The notes: generated by a model from the letters alone, not told the origin. Positions 29,860 through 40,497 are shown, numbered from the stretch's first letter. The stretch is 58,219 nucleotides of DNA from Pseudomonadota bacterium (GCA_021780735.1 JAJXYE010000240.1:1-58219), one strand, 5' to 3'. A program made the numbers and translations.

Positions 29860-30873
29860 TCAGGGAATGGCGGCAGTGGATTCGCGGATCTGCAGCGAAA
29901 ACGGCATCTGCACCAGCTGCCCCTGGCCACGGCCACGCAGCACTTCCAGCAATTGCAGGGCGGCGATCTTGCCCATTTCGCGACTGGGCTGGCGGATGGT
30001 GGTGAGTGCCGGCCACAGCTGGCTGGCCAGCGGAATATCGTCGAAGCCGCACACCGAAAGATCCTGCGGCACCTTCAGCCCGCTCTGGTTTGCCGCCCAC
30101 ATCACGCCGCTGGCCATGTCGTCATTGGCAGCGAACACGGCGGTTGGTCGTTGCTTCAACGCGAAAAGCTGCCGCGCCGCAGCAACGCCGGAGGCAAAGG
30201 TGAAGGCACCCTCCACCACCAGGGCCGGATCTTCGGGCAGGCCCGCAGCAGCCATCGCCTCGCGATAACCGGCAAGGCGCCAACGGCTGGCGCCGTGATC
30301 GGCAATACCCGACACATGCGCGATCCGCCGATGCCCCAGTGACAGCAGATGCTCGACCATCGTGCGTGCGGCCAACTGCTCGTCCATGGCGACGCCGATG
30401 TTGTCGGTGCGTGACATCGGCGACACACTGGCGAACGGCACATGACGTTCGCGCAGACGTTGCAGCAACGGCGCGTAGTCGGTGATCGGCGGAGTCAGCA
30501 CGATGCCGTCCGGGTGGTGATCGGAAATCACGGCGTCGAGTCGCCGGACGAAGTCGTCGCCACGCATGCGCAACGGGCGCACCATCATGCTGTAACGATG
30601 CAAGTCACAAGCCTCGAGCACACCGTCCTGGATCTCGGCAAGGTAGGTCGACGCGGGGTTGTCGTTGTTGTCGTACAGCATCGCGACCAGGAACGAGCGG
30701 TTGCCGGCCAGGCTGCGCGCCGAGGACAACGGACGATAGTCCATCGCTTCCATCGCGGCACGCACGCGCTTGCGCGTGTCGTCGCTTACGTTGGCCTCGT
30801 CGTTGAGCACGCGGGACACGGTCTTGGGCGATACGCTCGCCGCGCGCGCCACATCTTCGAGGCGTACCCGCAT
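29860..30873 (-). CDS. LacI-family regulator, probable beta-glucoside regulon repressor
   Basis: LEDVARAASVSPKTVSRVLN HTH, ARSLA hinge, VCGFDD, LTTIRQP. Confidence 0.93.
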   Translation of the reverse strand: MRVRLEDVARAASVSPKTVSRVLNDEANVSDDTRKRVRAAMEAMDYRPLSSARSLAGNRSFLVAMLYDNNDNPASTYLAEIQDGVLEACDLHRYSMMVRPLRMRGDDFVRRLDAVISDHHPDGIVLTPPITDYAPLLQRLRERHVPFASVSPMSRTDNIGVAMDEQLAARTMVEHLLSLGHRRIAHVSGIADHGASRWRLAGYREAMAAAGLPEDPALVVEGAFTFASGVAAARQLFALKQRPTAVFAANDDMASGVMWAANQSGLKVPQDLSVCGFDDIPLASQLWPALTTIRQPSREMGKIAALQLLEVLRGRGQGQLVQMPFSLQIRESTAAIP

Positions 30874-30990
30874 GGTTTCTCCGACTGTCGCCAGCTATTC
30901 GATCCACTATGCCGTCATCAGCGCCAGCAACACAAGAACCGTGACACGGCAAAGGCCATCGTTGCATGGAGCACTGCCCATGATCGGCCA

Positions 30991-31004
30991 TGAATACGTA
31001 TGCA
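30991..31004. promoter_or_regulatory. LacI-type operator A, copy 4
   Basis: TGAATACGTATGCA upstream of the six-hairpin glycosidase operon. Confidence 0.8.
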
Positions 31005-31178
31005 ATCGCTGGTTGCTGCAGTGCGACGCTCCCTACCATGCAAGGCTGCTGACTGCACTCGCCGCAGATTCATGCTGCGGATGCAGCATGCGGCGAGGAT
31101 GCCACCGTGACATAACTGCCGCCGGAGAATCCATCGAGTGACCCGCATGCCCGACATCACCCTCCCCTTGCCCCAGCC

Positions 31179-33371
31179 ATGCTGAGCCTGCTGCTGGCCG
31201 CCACCCTGGCGAGCGCCCCCACGGCTGCGCCACCCTGGCAAGACGGGCTCGACTGGCACGGGGTGCATGTGAGCATGCAGCGCGATTCAAAGGATGCCTA
31301 CACTCTGGCCTGGCCCTTCGGCCAGCGGGTAATACCTGCGCCGCCCTTGCGGGTGGACAGCGCCAGCGTGCTCTTCAATGGGCTCTACGCCATGGCGCAG
31401 GACGACCTGCGGCTCGACTCGGTCACGGCGATCCGCGATGGCGCGTTCGATCACGGCCAGCCGATTCCCTGCCACTGCTTCGAGACCGGTCTGAAGTGGC
31501 CCTATGTGTGGACGCGCGACCTGTCCTATTCGATCGACCTCGGGTTGTGGCGGTTCGACTCGACACGGGCGCGCAACGGCCTGCAGTTCAAGCTGTCCGG
31601 CGTGCGCGTGCCCACCGCGCCGCGGGGCCTGTACGTGATGCAGGACACCGGCTCGGGCGGCAGCTGGCCGATCAGTACCGACCGCGTGGTGTGGTTTCTC
31701 GGCGCGCAGCACCTGCTCAATGACCAGGCGTTCGCCGACAAGGTGTGGCCGGCGTTGCAAGACACCCTGGCGCAGGATCGAAAGTACGCGTTCGACGCGG
31801 CGTTCGGCCTGTATCGTGGCGAGACCTCCTTCATGGACTGGCGCGAACAGAGCTACCCGGCATGGACGGCGAACAATGTCACCTTCATCGCCCAGTCGTA
31901 CGCGCTGTCCACCAACGTGCTGCATTACCAGGCGCTGCAGCTGGCGTCCTCGCTGGCCGACGCACACCACGAAATGCAGGCCGCTGGCGCCTACCGCGCC
32001 GAGGCAGCCGCGCTGAAGCAGGCAATCAACCGGCACTTCTGGCGCGCCGACCGCGGCATGTACATGAGCTACCTCGGCGGTGACGGCACGCCGGTCGACA
32101 CCTATGACCTGCTCGGCATCTCGCTGGCAGTGACCAGCGGCGTCGCCGAGGGCGAGCGCGCGCGGCAGACACTGGCCAACTATCCGAGCTGGCCCGCCGG
32201 CAGCCCGATCATGTGGCCCGAACGCGCCGACCAGCCGATCTATCACAATCGTGCGATCTGGCCGTTCGTCAGCGCCTACGCGCTGCGTGCCGCACGCACG
32301 GTGAATGACCCGGCGCGTATCGCCCACGAGATCGAGTCGGTGATGCGCGGCGCCGCGTTGTACGGCTCCAATCTGGAGAACTACGAGCTGCTGACCCAGG
32401 GTCAGCATGTCGACGAAGGCAAGCTCAGCGGCCCGGTGGTGAATTCGCCGCGCCAGCTGTGGTCGGTGGCAGCCTATCTGGACGTGGTGACCGAAGGCGT
32501 GTTCGGCCTCACCGAAGACGGCAAGGTCGAGCCGAAGCTGCCCACGGCGCTGCTGCCGATGCTGTTTGGCCCGCGCTCGTCCATCACGCTGAACCTGCCC
32601 GATCGTCGCATCACGCTGGAACTGCCGAAGCAGCGCACGGGCAACCTGCTGGTCGCCGATCACATCCGCACCCGGGGCAGCACCACCACGGTAATGCTGA
32701 AGGCGGTGCAAGTGAACGCCGCACCACTGCGCACCGGCGCGCCCCTGTATGCACCCGCGGCGCCGGCCGCGCCGACGCTCACCGCCGCAGGTGACCGCTG
32801 GCAGGTCAGCGGCGAGGGCAAGTTGCAGCTTTACGTCAACGGTCGACGCGCCGGCACGATCGATGGCCATGGCACGCTGCCGCGCAGCGGCGAGCTGACC
32901 TGTGTCAGCGCCACTCGCGTCGATGCCCATGGGCTTCAGTCACTGCCCAGTCCGGCCACTTGCGCAGGCGATGTCGCCAGGGTCGCCGGCAACTGGCCGC
33001 GTCAATGGATCGCGCCCGCCAGCGGCCACTATCGCGTCTCGGTGGATTACCGCAACGAGCATGGCCCGATCAGTACCGGCGTGACCGCCGCGGTCAAGAT
33101 GCTGGTCATCCATTGCGATGGTCTCCCCGTGCAAAACGTGCCGCTGGTGATGCCGCATAGCGTCGGCACCCAGCGTTCCACCTATGGGGAGTTCAGCGCG
33201 CCGGCGCACGCCTCGTGCCGGTTCGCGCTGGAGGACGGCTTCAACATGAGCTACCTGCAACACTTCGCGCATTACACCGGCGGCGCCGGCGGCATCGACG
33301 GTCCATTGAACGATGCCAGCATCGACGATCTGCTGATCGCGCCGCTGGCCGGGGAAACCACCACACCATGA
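31179..33371 (+). CDS. Secreted six-hairpin (alpha/alpha)6 glycosidase-like protein
   Basis: Signal peptide. WTRD, SFMDWRE, YHNRAIWPF, QLWS resemble debranching-enzyme-like (alpha/alpha)6 hydrolases. Confidence 0.78.
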   Translation: MLSLLLAATLASAPTAAPPWQDGLDWHGVHVSMQRDSKDAYTLAWPFGQRVIPAPPLRVDSASVLFNGLYAMAQDDLRLDSVTAIRDGAFDHGQPIPCHCFETGLKWPYVWTRDLSYSIDLGLWRFDSTRARNGLQFKLSGVRVPTAPRGLYVMQDTGSGGSWPISTDRVVWFLGAQHLLNDQAFADKVWPALQDTLAQDRKYAFDAAFGLYRGETSFMDWREQSYPAWTANNVTFIAQSYALSTNVLHYQALQLASSLADAHHEMQAAGAYRAEAAALKQAINRHFWRADRGMYMSYLGGDGTPVDTYDLLGISLAVTSGVAEGERARQTLANYPSWPAGSPIMWPERADQPIYHNRAIWPFVSAYALRAARTVNDPARIAHEIESVMRGAALYGSNLENYELLTQGQHVDEGKLSGPVVNSPRQLWSVAAYLDVVTEGVFGLTEDGKVEPKLPTALLPMLFGPRSSITLNLPDRRITLELPKQRTGNLLVADHIRTRGSTTTVMLKAVQVNAAPLRTGAPLYAPAAPAAPTLTAAGDRWQVSGEGKLQLYVNGRRAGTIDGHGTLPRSGELTCVSATRVDAHGLQSLPSPATCAGDVARVAGNWPRQWIAPASGHYRVSVDYRNEHGPISTGVTAAVKMLVIHCDGLPVQNVPLVMPHSVGTQRSTYGEFSAPAHASCRFALEDGFNMSYLQHFAHYTGGAGGIDGPLNDASIDDLLIAPLAGETTTP

Positions 33372-34864
33372 CCAGAAAACCCGAGCTGTCGTTCTGGCAG
33401 ATATGGAACATGTGCTTCGGCTTTCTGGGCATCCAGTTCGGCTTCGCGTTGCAGAACGCCAACGTCAGCCGGATCTTCCAGACGCTGGGCGCCAACGTCA
33501 ACGACATCCCGATCCTGTGGGTGGCCGCGCCACTCACCGGACTGATCGTGCAACCGATCATCGGCCACTACTCGGATCGCACATGGAACCGCTTCGGTCG
33601 ACGCCGGCCATACTTCCTGATCGGCGCGCTGCTGGCGACCCTGGCCTTGCTGGCAATGCCCAATTCGCCCGCGCTGTGGGTCGCTGCAGGCGTGCTGTGG
33701 ATCATGGATGCCTCGTTCAACATCTCGATGGAACCGTTCCGCGCCTTCGTCGGCGACCAATTGCCGGTGCAGCAGCGTCCGCTGGGCTTCTCGATGCAAA
33801 GCGTTTTCATTGGCGTCGGCGCGGTGGTCGCCTCGCTGATGCCGTGGCTGCTGACCAAGGTCGGCGTCAGCAATATCGCTCCAGATGGCAGGATTCCGGA
33901 CACGGTGAAGTACGCGTTCTACGCCGGCGCTGCGGTGCTGCTGGGTACCGTGCTGTGGACCGTGCTGTCCACCCGCGAATACCCGCCCGAGCAGTTGCGC
34001 GAATTCGACGACCCCGTCGAACAGCCTGCAGTGGATGCTTCACGGGCCTGGATGCCCGGCCTGCTGCTGCTGCTTGCGGGCACGCTGGTGTTGCTGGCCA
34101 TCGAACATTTCGCGCTGGAAAAGGAACTGTACGTGCTGGTCGGCGGCCTGGTCGTCTTTGGCTCACTGTTCGTCTGGTTGTCGATGACCCACAGCCGCGG
34201 CATGTTGCGCGAGGTGATGGGCGACCTGTACAGCATGCCCGACGCGATGCGCCGGCTGGCCGTGGTGCAGTTCTTTTCGTGGTTCGCGCTGTTCGCGATG
34301 TGGATCTACACCACCCCGGCGGTGACCGCGGTGCAATTCGGCAGCGCCGATCCGCATTCGGTTGCCTACAACACCGGAGCGAACTGGGTCGGCGTGCTGA
34401 TGGGCGCCTACAACGGCTTCGCCGCGCTGGCGGCGATCGCGATACCGCTGCTGGTGCACCGCATCGGCCTGCGCTGGAGTCACCTGGTCAACCTGTGGCT
34501 GGGCGGGGCGGGACTGCTGTCGTTCCTGTTCATCCGCAACCCGGACTACCTGCTGGTGTCGATGGTCGGCGTGGGCTTTGCCTGGGCTTCGATCCTGTCG
34601 CTGCCGTACGCGATGTTGTCAGACAACCTGCCGGCACAGAAGATGGGCGTGTACATGGGCATCTTCAATTTCTTCATCGTCATCCCGCAACTTATGGCCG
34701 CCAGCCTGTTGGGTCTGTTGCTGCGACTGTGCTTCCACGACCAGCCGATCTATGCGCTGGCACTGGGCGGCGCCAGTTTGCTGATGGCCGGCCTGTTTAC
34801 CCTGCGCGTGCGCGAGCCCCGCGGTGAAGCGCCAGCCACACCTGCCGTTGCCGGAGGCCGCTGA
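33368..34864 (+). CDS. MFS maltose/sucrose-type permease
   Basis: WNMCFGFLGIQFG, SDRTWNRFGRRRPY, MGIFNFFIVIPQ. ATGA overlap with the upstream gene. Confidence 0.9.
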   Translation: MTRKPELSFWQIWNMCFGFLGIQFGFALQNANVSRIFQTLGANVNDIPILWVAAPLTGLIVQPIIGHYSDRTWNRFGRRRPYFLIGALLATLALLAMPNSPALWVAAGVLWIMDASFNISMEPFRAFVGDQLPVQQRPLGFSMQSVFIGVGAVVASLMPWLLTKVGVSNIAPDGRIPDTVKYAFYAGAAVLLGTVLWTVLSTREYPPEQLREFDDPVEQPAVDASRAWMPGLLLLLAGTLVLLAIEHFALEKELYVLVGGLVVFGSLFVWLSMTHSRGMLREVMGDLYSMPDAMRRLAVVQFFSWFALFAMWIYTTPAVTAVQFGSADPHSVAYNTGANWVGVLMGAYNGFAALAAIAIPLLVHRIGLRWSHLVNLWLGGAGLLSFLFIRNPDYLLVSMVGVGFAWASILSLPYAMLSDNLPAQKMGVYMGIFNFFIVIPQLMAASLLGLLLRLCFHDQPIYALALGGASLLMAGLFTLRVREPRGEAPATPAVAGGR

Positions 34865-34866
34865 CG

Positions 34867-36558
34867 ATGTTGCGCCCGAACCCCCTAGCCCTCACTCTCG
34901 CCCTGCTGGTCGCGCCTGTCGCCAGCACCATCGCCAACGCCGCGCGCTCGCCCGAGTTCGTCGGCACCGACGCGCCGATGGCCTCCAACGCGATCTACTT
35001 CGTGATGACCGACCGCTTCGTCAACGGCGACACGTCGAACGACCATCGCCATCAGGGCGGCGCGCACCCCACCTGGAACATCCCGGTACCGGGTGCGCCG
35101 AAGGGTGAGAGCGCGAACATCGGCTACCTCGGTGGCGACTTCAAGGGCGTGCTGGACAACGCCGGCTACATCAAGGGCATGGGTTTCGGCGCGGTCTGGA
35201 TCACCCCGATCGTCGACAACCCCGACCAGGCCTTCACCGGTGGCGACCCGGTGCACTGGGGCTCCAAGTTCACCGACCGCGGCAAGACCGGCTACCACGG
35301 CTACTGGGGCGTCAACTTCTACAAGGTCGACGAGCACCTGCCCAGCAAGGGCCTGGACTACCGCCAGTTCACCGCCGGGATGCACGCCGACGGGCTCAAG
35401 GTGGTGCAGGACATCGTGCTCAACCATGGCTCGCCCGCCTTCACCATGCCGGTGCGCCAGCCGCAGTTCGGGCAGATCTTCGACAAGAACGGCAAGCTGA
35501 TCGCCGACGAGCAGAACCTGCCGCCGTACCAGCTCGACCCCGTGCGCAACCCGCTGCACCGCTTCTATCACGCCTATGACGATCTGGTGCAGCTGTCCAA
35601 CAACGACGACCAGAGTCCCATGGTGCTGAACTACATGGTCGGCGCCTACGAGCAGTGGATCGACGAAGGCAGCGACGCCTTCCGCATCGATACCATCAGC
35701 CACATGTCCACCACCTTCTGGAAGCAGTTCAGCGCGCGCATCCGGGCGAAGCATCCGGGTTTCTTCATGGTCGGCGAGGCGTTTGACTACAGCCCCGACA
35801 ACATCGGCAAGTTCACCTGGCCGCAGAACGGCGGCATCAGCGTGCTCGACTTCCCGCTGCGCGGACGCATCGCCGACGTGTTCGAGCACCCGCACAGCGA
35901 CTACGCACAGATCCTCGACCGTCTCTACCTCACCAACGGCCCGTACCAGAACCCGTACGAGCTGGTCACCTTCTACGACAATCACGACATGGCGCGCCTG
36001 AACGCCAGTGACAACGGCTTCATCGATGCGGACAACTTCCTGTTCACCGCGCGCGGCATCCCGGCGATCTACAACGGCTCCGAAATCGGCTTCGAGCGCG
36101 GCAAGGCCGAGCACGAGGGCAACCGCAACTACTTCGGCCAGCAACGCATCGACAACGCCCCGAAGAGCCCGATCTACCAGCACCTCAAGCGCATCGCCAC
36201 GCTGCGCGAGCGCACCCCCGCGCTGCAGCGCGGCCTGATGTTGCCGATCCGCTTTGCCGGCCAGCAGGCGTCGTTCTATCGGGTGTACCAGAAGGGCGAC
36301 ATCCACCAGATCGCGCTGGTACTGCTGAACAAGGGCGACCAGCCAGCCGCATTCAACGTCAGCGACAAACTGCAGGCCGGCACATGGAAGCCGGCGCTCG
36401 ACGGCACGGCGGTCGACGTGCCGGCCAATGGCAGCCTCAAGGCGACCGTGGCCGCACACGATGTGCAGGTTTACCTGCTGAATGCCCAAGCCAGTCGCCC
36501 TGACCTCGTTGCCGAGCTGACCCGGCTGATGCAGGAGCGCGGACACCCGCCACACTGA
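34867..36558 (+). CDS. Secreted GH13 amylase / cyclomaltodextrin glucanotransferase-like enzyme
   Basis: Signal peptide. YFVMTDRFVNGD, GGDFKG, YHGYWG, DIVLNH, FRIDT, GEAF, FYDNHD. Confidence 0.9.
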   Translation: MLRPNPLALTLALLVAPVASTIANAARSPEFVGTDAPMASNAIYFVMTDRFVNGDTSNDHRHQGGAHPTWNIPVPGAPKGESANIGYLGGDFKGVLDNAGYIKGMGFGAVWITPIVDNPDQAFTGGDPVHWGSKFTDRGKTGYHGYWGVNFYKVDEHLPSKGLDYRQFTAGMHADGLKVVQDIVLNHGSPAFTMPVRQPQFGQIFDKNGKLIADEQNLPPYQLDPVRNPLHRFYHAYDDLVQLSNNDDQSPMVLNYMVGAYEQWIDEGSDAFRIDTISHMSTTFWKQFSARIRAKHPGFFMVGEAFDYSPDNIGKFTWPQNGGISVLDFPLRGRIADVFEHPHSDYAQILDRLYLTNGPYQNPYELVTFYDNHDMARLNASDNGFIDADNFLFTARGIPAIYNGSEIGFERGKAEHEGNRNYFGQQRIDNAPKSPIYQHLKRIATLRERTPALQRGLMLPIRFAGQQASFYRVYQKGDIHQIALVLLNKGDQPAAFNVSDKLQAGTWKPALDGTAVDVPANGSLKATVAAHDVQVYLLNAQASRPDLVAELTRLMQERGHPPH

Positions 36559-36589
36559 CAGGCCGGTCCATGCCGGCGAGGGGATCGAG

Positions 36590-37330
36590 ATGAGCCTGAA
36601 AGTCATCGGCGCCGGCTACGGGCGCACCGGCACGTTGTCGACATGGACGGCGCTGCGCGAGCTCGGCTTTCCCTGTTACCACATGATCGAGGTACTGGAG
36701 AACAAGGCCAACAAGTCGCATCTCGATTTCTGGCGCACGGTCGCCAACTCCCCGCCGGGCGCCCCGCACGACTGGGACCAGGTGTTCTCCAGCTACACCG
36801 CCGCCGTGGACAATCCCGCCTGCTGTGTCTGGCGTGAACTGATGGATGCCTATCCTGACGCCAAGGTGCTGCTGACCGTGCATCCACGCGGTGCCGAAGC
36901 CTGGTACGAAAGCACCATCGACACCATCTACTTCACCGAAACGATGTGGCAGTTCAAGGTGCTGGAATGGACCACGCCGTTCGGGCGCAAGTTCGGCGAC
37001 ATGTCGCGCAAGCTGATCTGGCAACGCTCACACCAGGGCTGCATGGACGACCGCGACGCGGCGATCGCGCTGTATCGGCAGCACATCGAGGAGGTACAAG
37101 CCAGCGTGCCGCCCGAGCGCCTGCTGGTTTTCTCGGTGGAACAGGGCTGGCCACCCTTGTGCGAGTTCCTCGATGTAGCCGTGCCGGCAACAACCTTCCC
37201 CAACGTCAACGACCGCGCCGCCATCAGGCAGACCCTGCGCCAGCTGACCCGTGGTGCCTATGTGATCGTGGGCGTGGCCGCGGCCGCGTTGAGTGGGCTG
37301 GGCTATCTGGCGTATCAGCTGCTGTCGTAG
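36590..37330 (+). CDS. Sulfotransferase-family (P-loop) protein with C-terminal membrane anchor
   Basis: KVIGAGYGRTGTLS, CYHM, YPDAKVLLTVH, GWPPLCEFL, FPNVND, hydrophobic C-terminus. Confidence 0.82.
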   Translation: MSLKVIGAGYGRTGTLSTWTALRELGFPCYHMIEVLENKANKSHLDFWRTVANSPPGAPHDWDQVFSSYTAAVDNPACCVWRELMDAYPDAKVLLTVHPRGAEAWYESTIDTIYFTETMWQFKVLEWTTPFGRKFGDMSRKLIWQRSHQGCMDDRDAAIALYRQHIEEVQASVPPERLLVFSVEQGWPPLCEFLDVAVPATTFPNVNDRAAIRQTLRQLTRGAYVIVGVAAAALSGLGYLAYQLLS

Positions 37331-37344
37331 TCATCCTCAAGAGC

Positions 37345-37758
37345 AGCCGCGAGAGACACTGGACGACATGCGCGGGAATCTGCTCACTCGTCCGCTCCAC
37401 GACTATGCGGTGCACGGGTCCGGGCGCATGGCCCGTCTCCGGAGAGCAGCGGACAACTGGTCGGATTCTGCGGGCTCAAATACCTGGATGACCTGCAGCA
37501 GGTCGACATCGGCTACCGCCTCCTGCCCGACTGCCGGGGCAAGGGTTACGCTACCGAAAGCTCCCGGGCGGTCATCGCCGAAGGGGTTTGCGGCATGGGC
37601 TGAGCCGGCTGATCGGCCTGGTACTTCCGGCCAATCTCGCCTCGGCACGGGTGCTCGGCAAGTTTGGCCTGGGCTTGGAACGAAAGGTGCGGCTGCACGA
37701 CTTCGCGGAGGAGCTCGATTTGCATTACATCGTGGTGTCAGCTGCCCGAAGCAGCTGA
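37345..37758 (+). pseudogene. Degraded RimJ/RimL-type GNAT acetyltransferase
   Basis: Three frames join as RPLHDYAVHGSGRM / SSGQLVGFCGLKYLDDLQQVDIGYRLLPDCRGKGYATES / LSRLIGLVLPANLASARVLGKFG. N-terminus missing. Confidence 0.8.
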
Positions 37759-37777
37759 GGCAGGCAGGACCTGTGCG

Positions 37778-38800
37778 TCAGCGCAGGCTCGAACGCCGCA
37801 CCATCAGCTTCACCGGCAGCACTTCACTCTCCACCGCCTCGCCGCGAATCAGGCTCAGCAAGCTGTCGACCAGCACCTCGCCCGCCTGACGGGTGTCCTG
37901 CAGCACGGTGGTCAACGGCGGGTTGACGAAGCTGGCGATGGCGATGTCGTCGAAGCCGGCCAGGGCCACATCCTGCGGCACGCGCAGACCGTGGTCGCTG
38001 AGGGCACGCATCGCGCCGATCGCGATCAGGTCGCTGGCGGCGAACACGGCGTCGAAACCCACCTCGCGCAGGATCAGCGTGCGCATTGCCTCGTAGCCGG
38101 AATGCTCGGTGCTTTCGGCGTTTTCCTGCAGCACGGGGTCGACTTCGATGCCCGCATTTTCCAGCGCCTCGACGTAGCCACGATAACGCCCGAAGAACTC
38201 GGGATAATGGCTGGACGCGTCACCGAGGAAGGCAATCCGCCGGCACCCGCGCTCAAGCAGGTGGGTGGCCACCGCGTGGCCTCCGAAGAAGTTGTCGCTA
38301 CCCACCGATACACCGGGCTGGTCTGCCAGCACCGGACCCCAGCGCACGAAGCGGGTGCCCTGGGCGACAAGCTTCTCCAGCTTGTCGCAATAGGCCAGGT
38401 AGTCGCCATAGCCGAGCAGGATGATGCCATCGGCTTTCTTGCTGTCGGCGAAATCGGCGTGCCAGTCTGCGGACGATTGCTGGAACGAGATCAGCAGGTC
38501 ATAGCCCCGCAGCGCACAGGCACGGGTGATCGAACCGAGCATCGACAGGAAGAACGGATTGATGTGCGACTCGTCGGCCGTCGGATCCTCGAACAGCAGC
38601 AGGGCCAGCGTGCCGGTGTGCATGCGGCGCAGGTTGGAGGCGTTCTTGTCGACCTTGTAATTGAGCTGCTCGGCAGCCGCCTGGATGCGCCGCCGGGTTT
38701 CCTCGTTGACCAGCGGACTACCGGCAAGTGCGCGCGATACCGTCGCCTGGGAAACCCCGGCGAGGTGGGCAATGTCGATCGATGTGGCCTTTCCCTTCAT
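37778..38800 (-). CDS. LacI-family regulator, probable maltose regulon repressor (MalR-like)
   Basis: [36 protein letters not shown]. Start at MKGKAT. Confidence 0.93.
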   Translation of the reverse strand: MKGKATSIDIAHLAGVSQATVSRALAGSPLVNEETRRRIQAAAEQLNYKVDKNASNLRRMHTGTLALLLFEDPTADESHINPFFLSMLGSITRACALRGYDLLISFQQSSADWHADFADSKKADGIILLGYGDYLAYCDKLEKLVAQGTRFVRWGPVLADQPGVSVGSDNFFGGHAVATHLLERGCRRIAFLGDASSHYPEFFGRYRGYVEALENAGIEVDPVLQENAESTEHSGYEAMRTLILREVGFDAVFAASDLIAIGAMRALSDHGLRVPQDVALAGFDDIAIASFVNPPLTTVLQDTRQAGEVLVDSLLSLIRGEAVESEVLPVKLMVRRSSLR

Positions 38801-38992
38801 CCGCGGCGTGATCCGGAAACCTCTCGTCAGAGCGCAATGGCGCGGCCATCTCGCCGCCGCCGTCAATGCCGAATCCTAACCGCTTTGCGCGCCGACTGTC
38901 GTAAACAGCTTGGCGCGCCTCGACGCAACAGCACGCGCCAGTCACGACCCGGGTGCCGCCGTAGCGATCTGCCGCCGTCCGCGCGAGGCGGC

Positions 38993-40414
38993 TCATGCCT
39001 GCATATCCTCCAGTTCGACACCCTTGGTCTCGCGTACCGCATACAGCACGAAAATCAGCGACAACAGGGCAAAGCCGGCGTACAGGCCGTAGGCGAAGGT
39101 CAGTCCGATCTCGGCCAGTGCCGGGAAGGTGCTGGTGATGGCGAAATTGGCCAGCCACTGCGCCGAAGCGGCCACAGCCAGCGCCGTGGCGCGGATGCGG
39201 TTGGGGAACATCTCGCCCAGCAGCACCCATACCACCGGACCCCAGCTCACTCCGAAAAACACCACGTAGGCATTCGCTGCGACCAGCGCCACGATACCGA
39301 CCGAACCGGGCAAGCTCAGTTCGGCGCCAGTGCCGGTGGCCTGCGAGAAGCACCAGGCCATCGCGCCCAGGGTGATCGCCATGCCGGCCGAACCGATCAC
39401 CAGCAACGGCTTGCGACCGATCTTGTCGACCAGCGAGATCGCCACCAGGGTCACCAGTACGTTGACGATCGAGGTGGCCACGGTGATCGTGAACGAATCG
39501 GCCTCGCTGAAGCCGACCGAGTGCCACAAGGTGGACGAGTAGTAGAAGATCACGTTGATGCCGACGAACTGCTGGAACACCGACAGCAGGATGCCGACCC
39601 ACACGATGGGCAGCAGACCCGCGGCCGCCCCGCGCAGGTCGCTCAGGCGCGGCTTGTGTTCCGAGCGCAGGCTGCCCTCTATGTCGGCCAGCTTCTTGTC
39701 CAGGGCAGGCGCGCTGTGCATGTCCAGCACCTGCTGCAACACCACCCTGGCCTCGGCCAGGCGGCCCTTGGCCACCAGATGGCGCGGCGACTCCGGCACG
39801 GCCAGCACCAGCAGGCCGTAGATCAACGCCGGGGTCACCGCCGCCAGGAACATCCAGCGCCACGCGGGCAGACCCAGCCAGAGCACATGCGCTGCCCCAC
39901 CGGCCACGTCGGCCAGCCAGGCATCGCACAACAGCGCGGCGAAGATGCCCAGCACGATCGCCAGCTGCTGCATCGAGCCGAGCCGGCCGCGGATCCGCGC
40001 CGGCGCCACCTCGGCAATATAGGTCGGTGCGATCACCGAAGCCACGCCGACGCCGATGCCGCCGACCAGCCGCCACACGATCAGATCCCATACGTGGAAC
40101 GCCAGGCCCGAGCCCAGTGCAGCGGCCACCAGCAGCACCGCGGCCACCTGCATGGTGCGCACGCGACCCCAGCGATTGGCCAGCATGCCGGCGTACCAGG
40201 CGCCCAGCGCCGAACCGAGCAGGGCGCAGGACACCGCAAAGCCGGTCTGCGCCGCATCCAGCGAAAAGCCGCCGCGAATCGCGTCCACCGCGCCGTTGAT
40301 CACGGCCGTGTCGAACCCGAACAGAAAGCCGCCCAACGCCGCTACCGCCGATATCAATACCACCCGCACGGTCGCGTGCTGACCCAGGCCGTCTGTCGCG
40401 TTCACTGAACTCAT
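38993..40414 (-). CDS. Sugar porter family MFS transporter (probable glucose/H+ symporter)
   Basis: GGFLFGFDTAVI, PESPR, QQFVGIN, DKIGRKP, GEMFP, ETKG. Confidence 0.93.
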   Translation of the reverse strand: MSSVNATDGLGQHATVRVVLISAVAALGGFLFGFDTAVINGAVDAIRGGFSLDAAQTGFAVSCALLGSALGAWYAGMLANRWGRVRTMQVAAVLLVAAALGSGLAFHVWDLIVWRLVGGIGVGVASVIAPTYIAEVAPARIRGRLGSMQQLAIVLGIFAALLCDAWLADVAGGAAHVLWLGLPAWRWMFLAAVTPALIYGLLVLAVPESPRHLVAKGRLAEARVVLQQVLDMHSAPALDKKLADIEGSLRSEHKPRLSDLRGAAAGLLPIVWVGILLSVFQQFVGINVIFYYSSTLWHSVGFSEADSFTITVATSIVNVLVTLVAISLVDKIGRKPLLVIGSAGMAITLGAMAWCFSQATGTGAELSLPGSVGIVALVAANAYVVFFGVSWGPVVWVLLGEMFPNRIRATALAVAASAQWLANFAITSTFPALAEIGLTFAYGLYAGFALLSLIFVLYAVRETKGVELEDMQA

Positions 40415-40483
40415 GTCGTCTCCCCCCAACGTGATGGCGTGTCTTGCGGTCGATTCTGGGATGCGTCCGCGGCGCTGTCTGAT

Positions 40484-40497
40484 TGAATACGTATGCA
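40484..40497. promoter_or_regulatory. LacI-type operator A, copy 5
   Basis: TGAATACGTATGCA upstream of the sugar porter. Confidence 0.8.
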
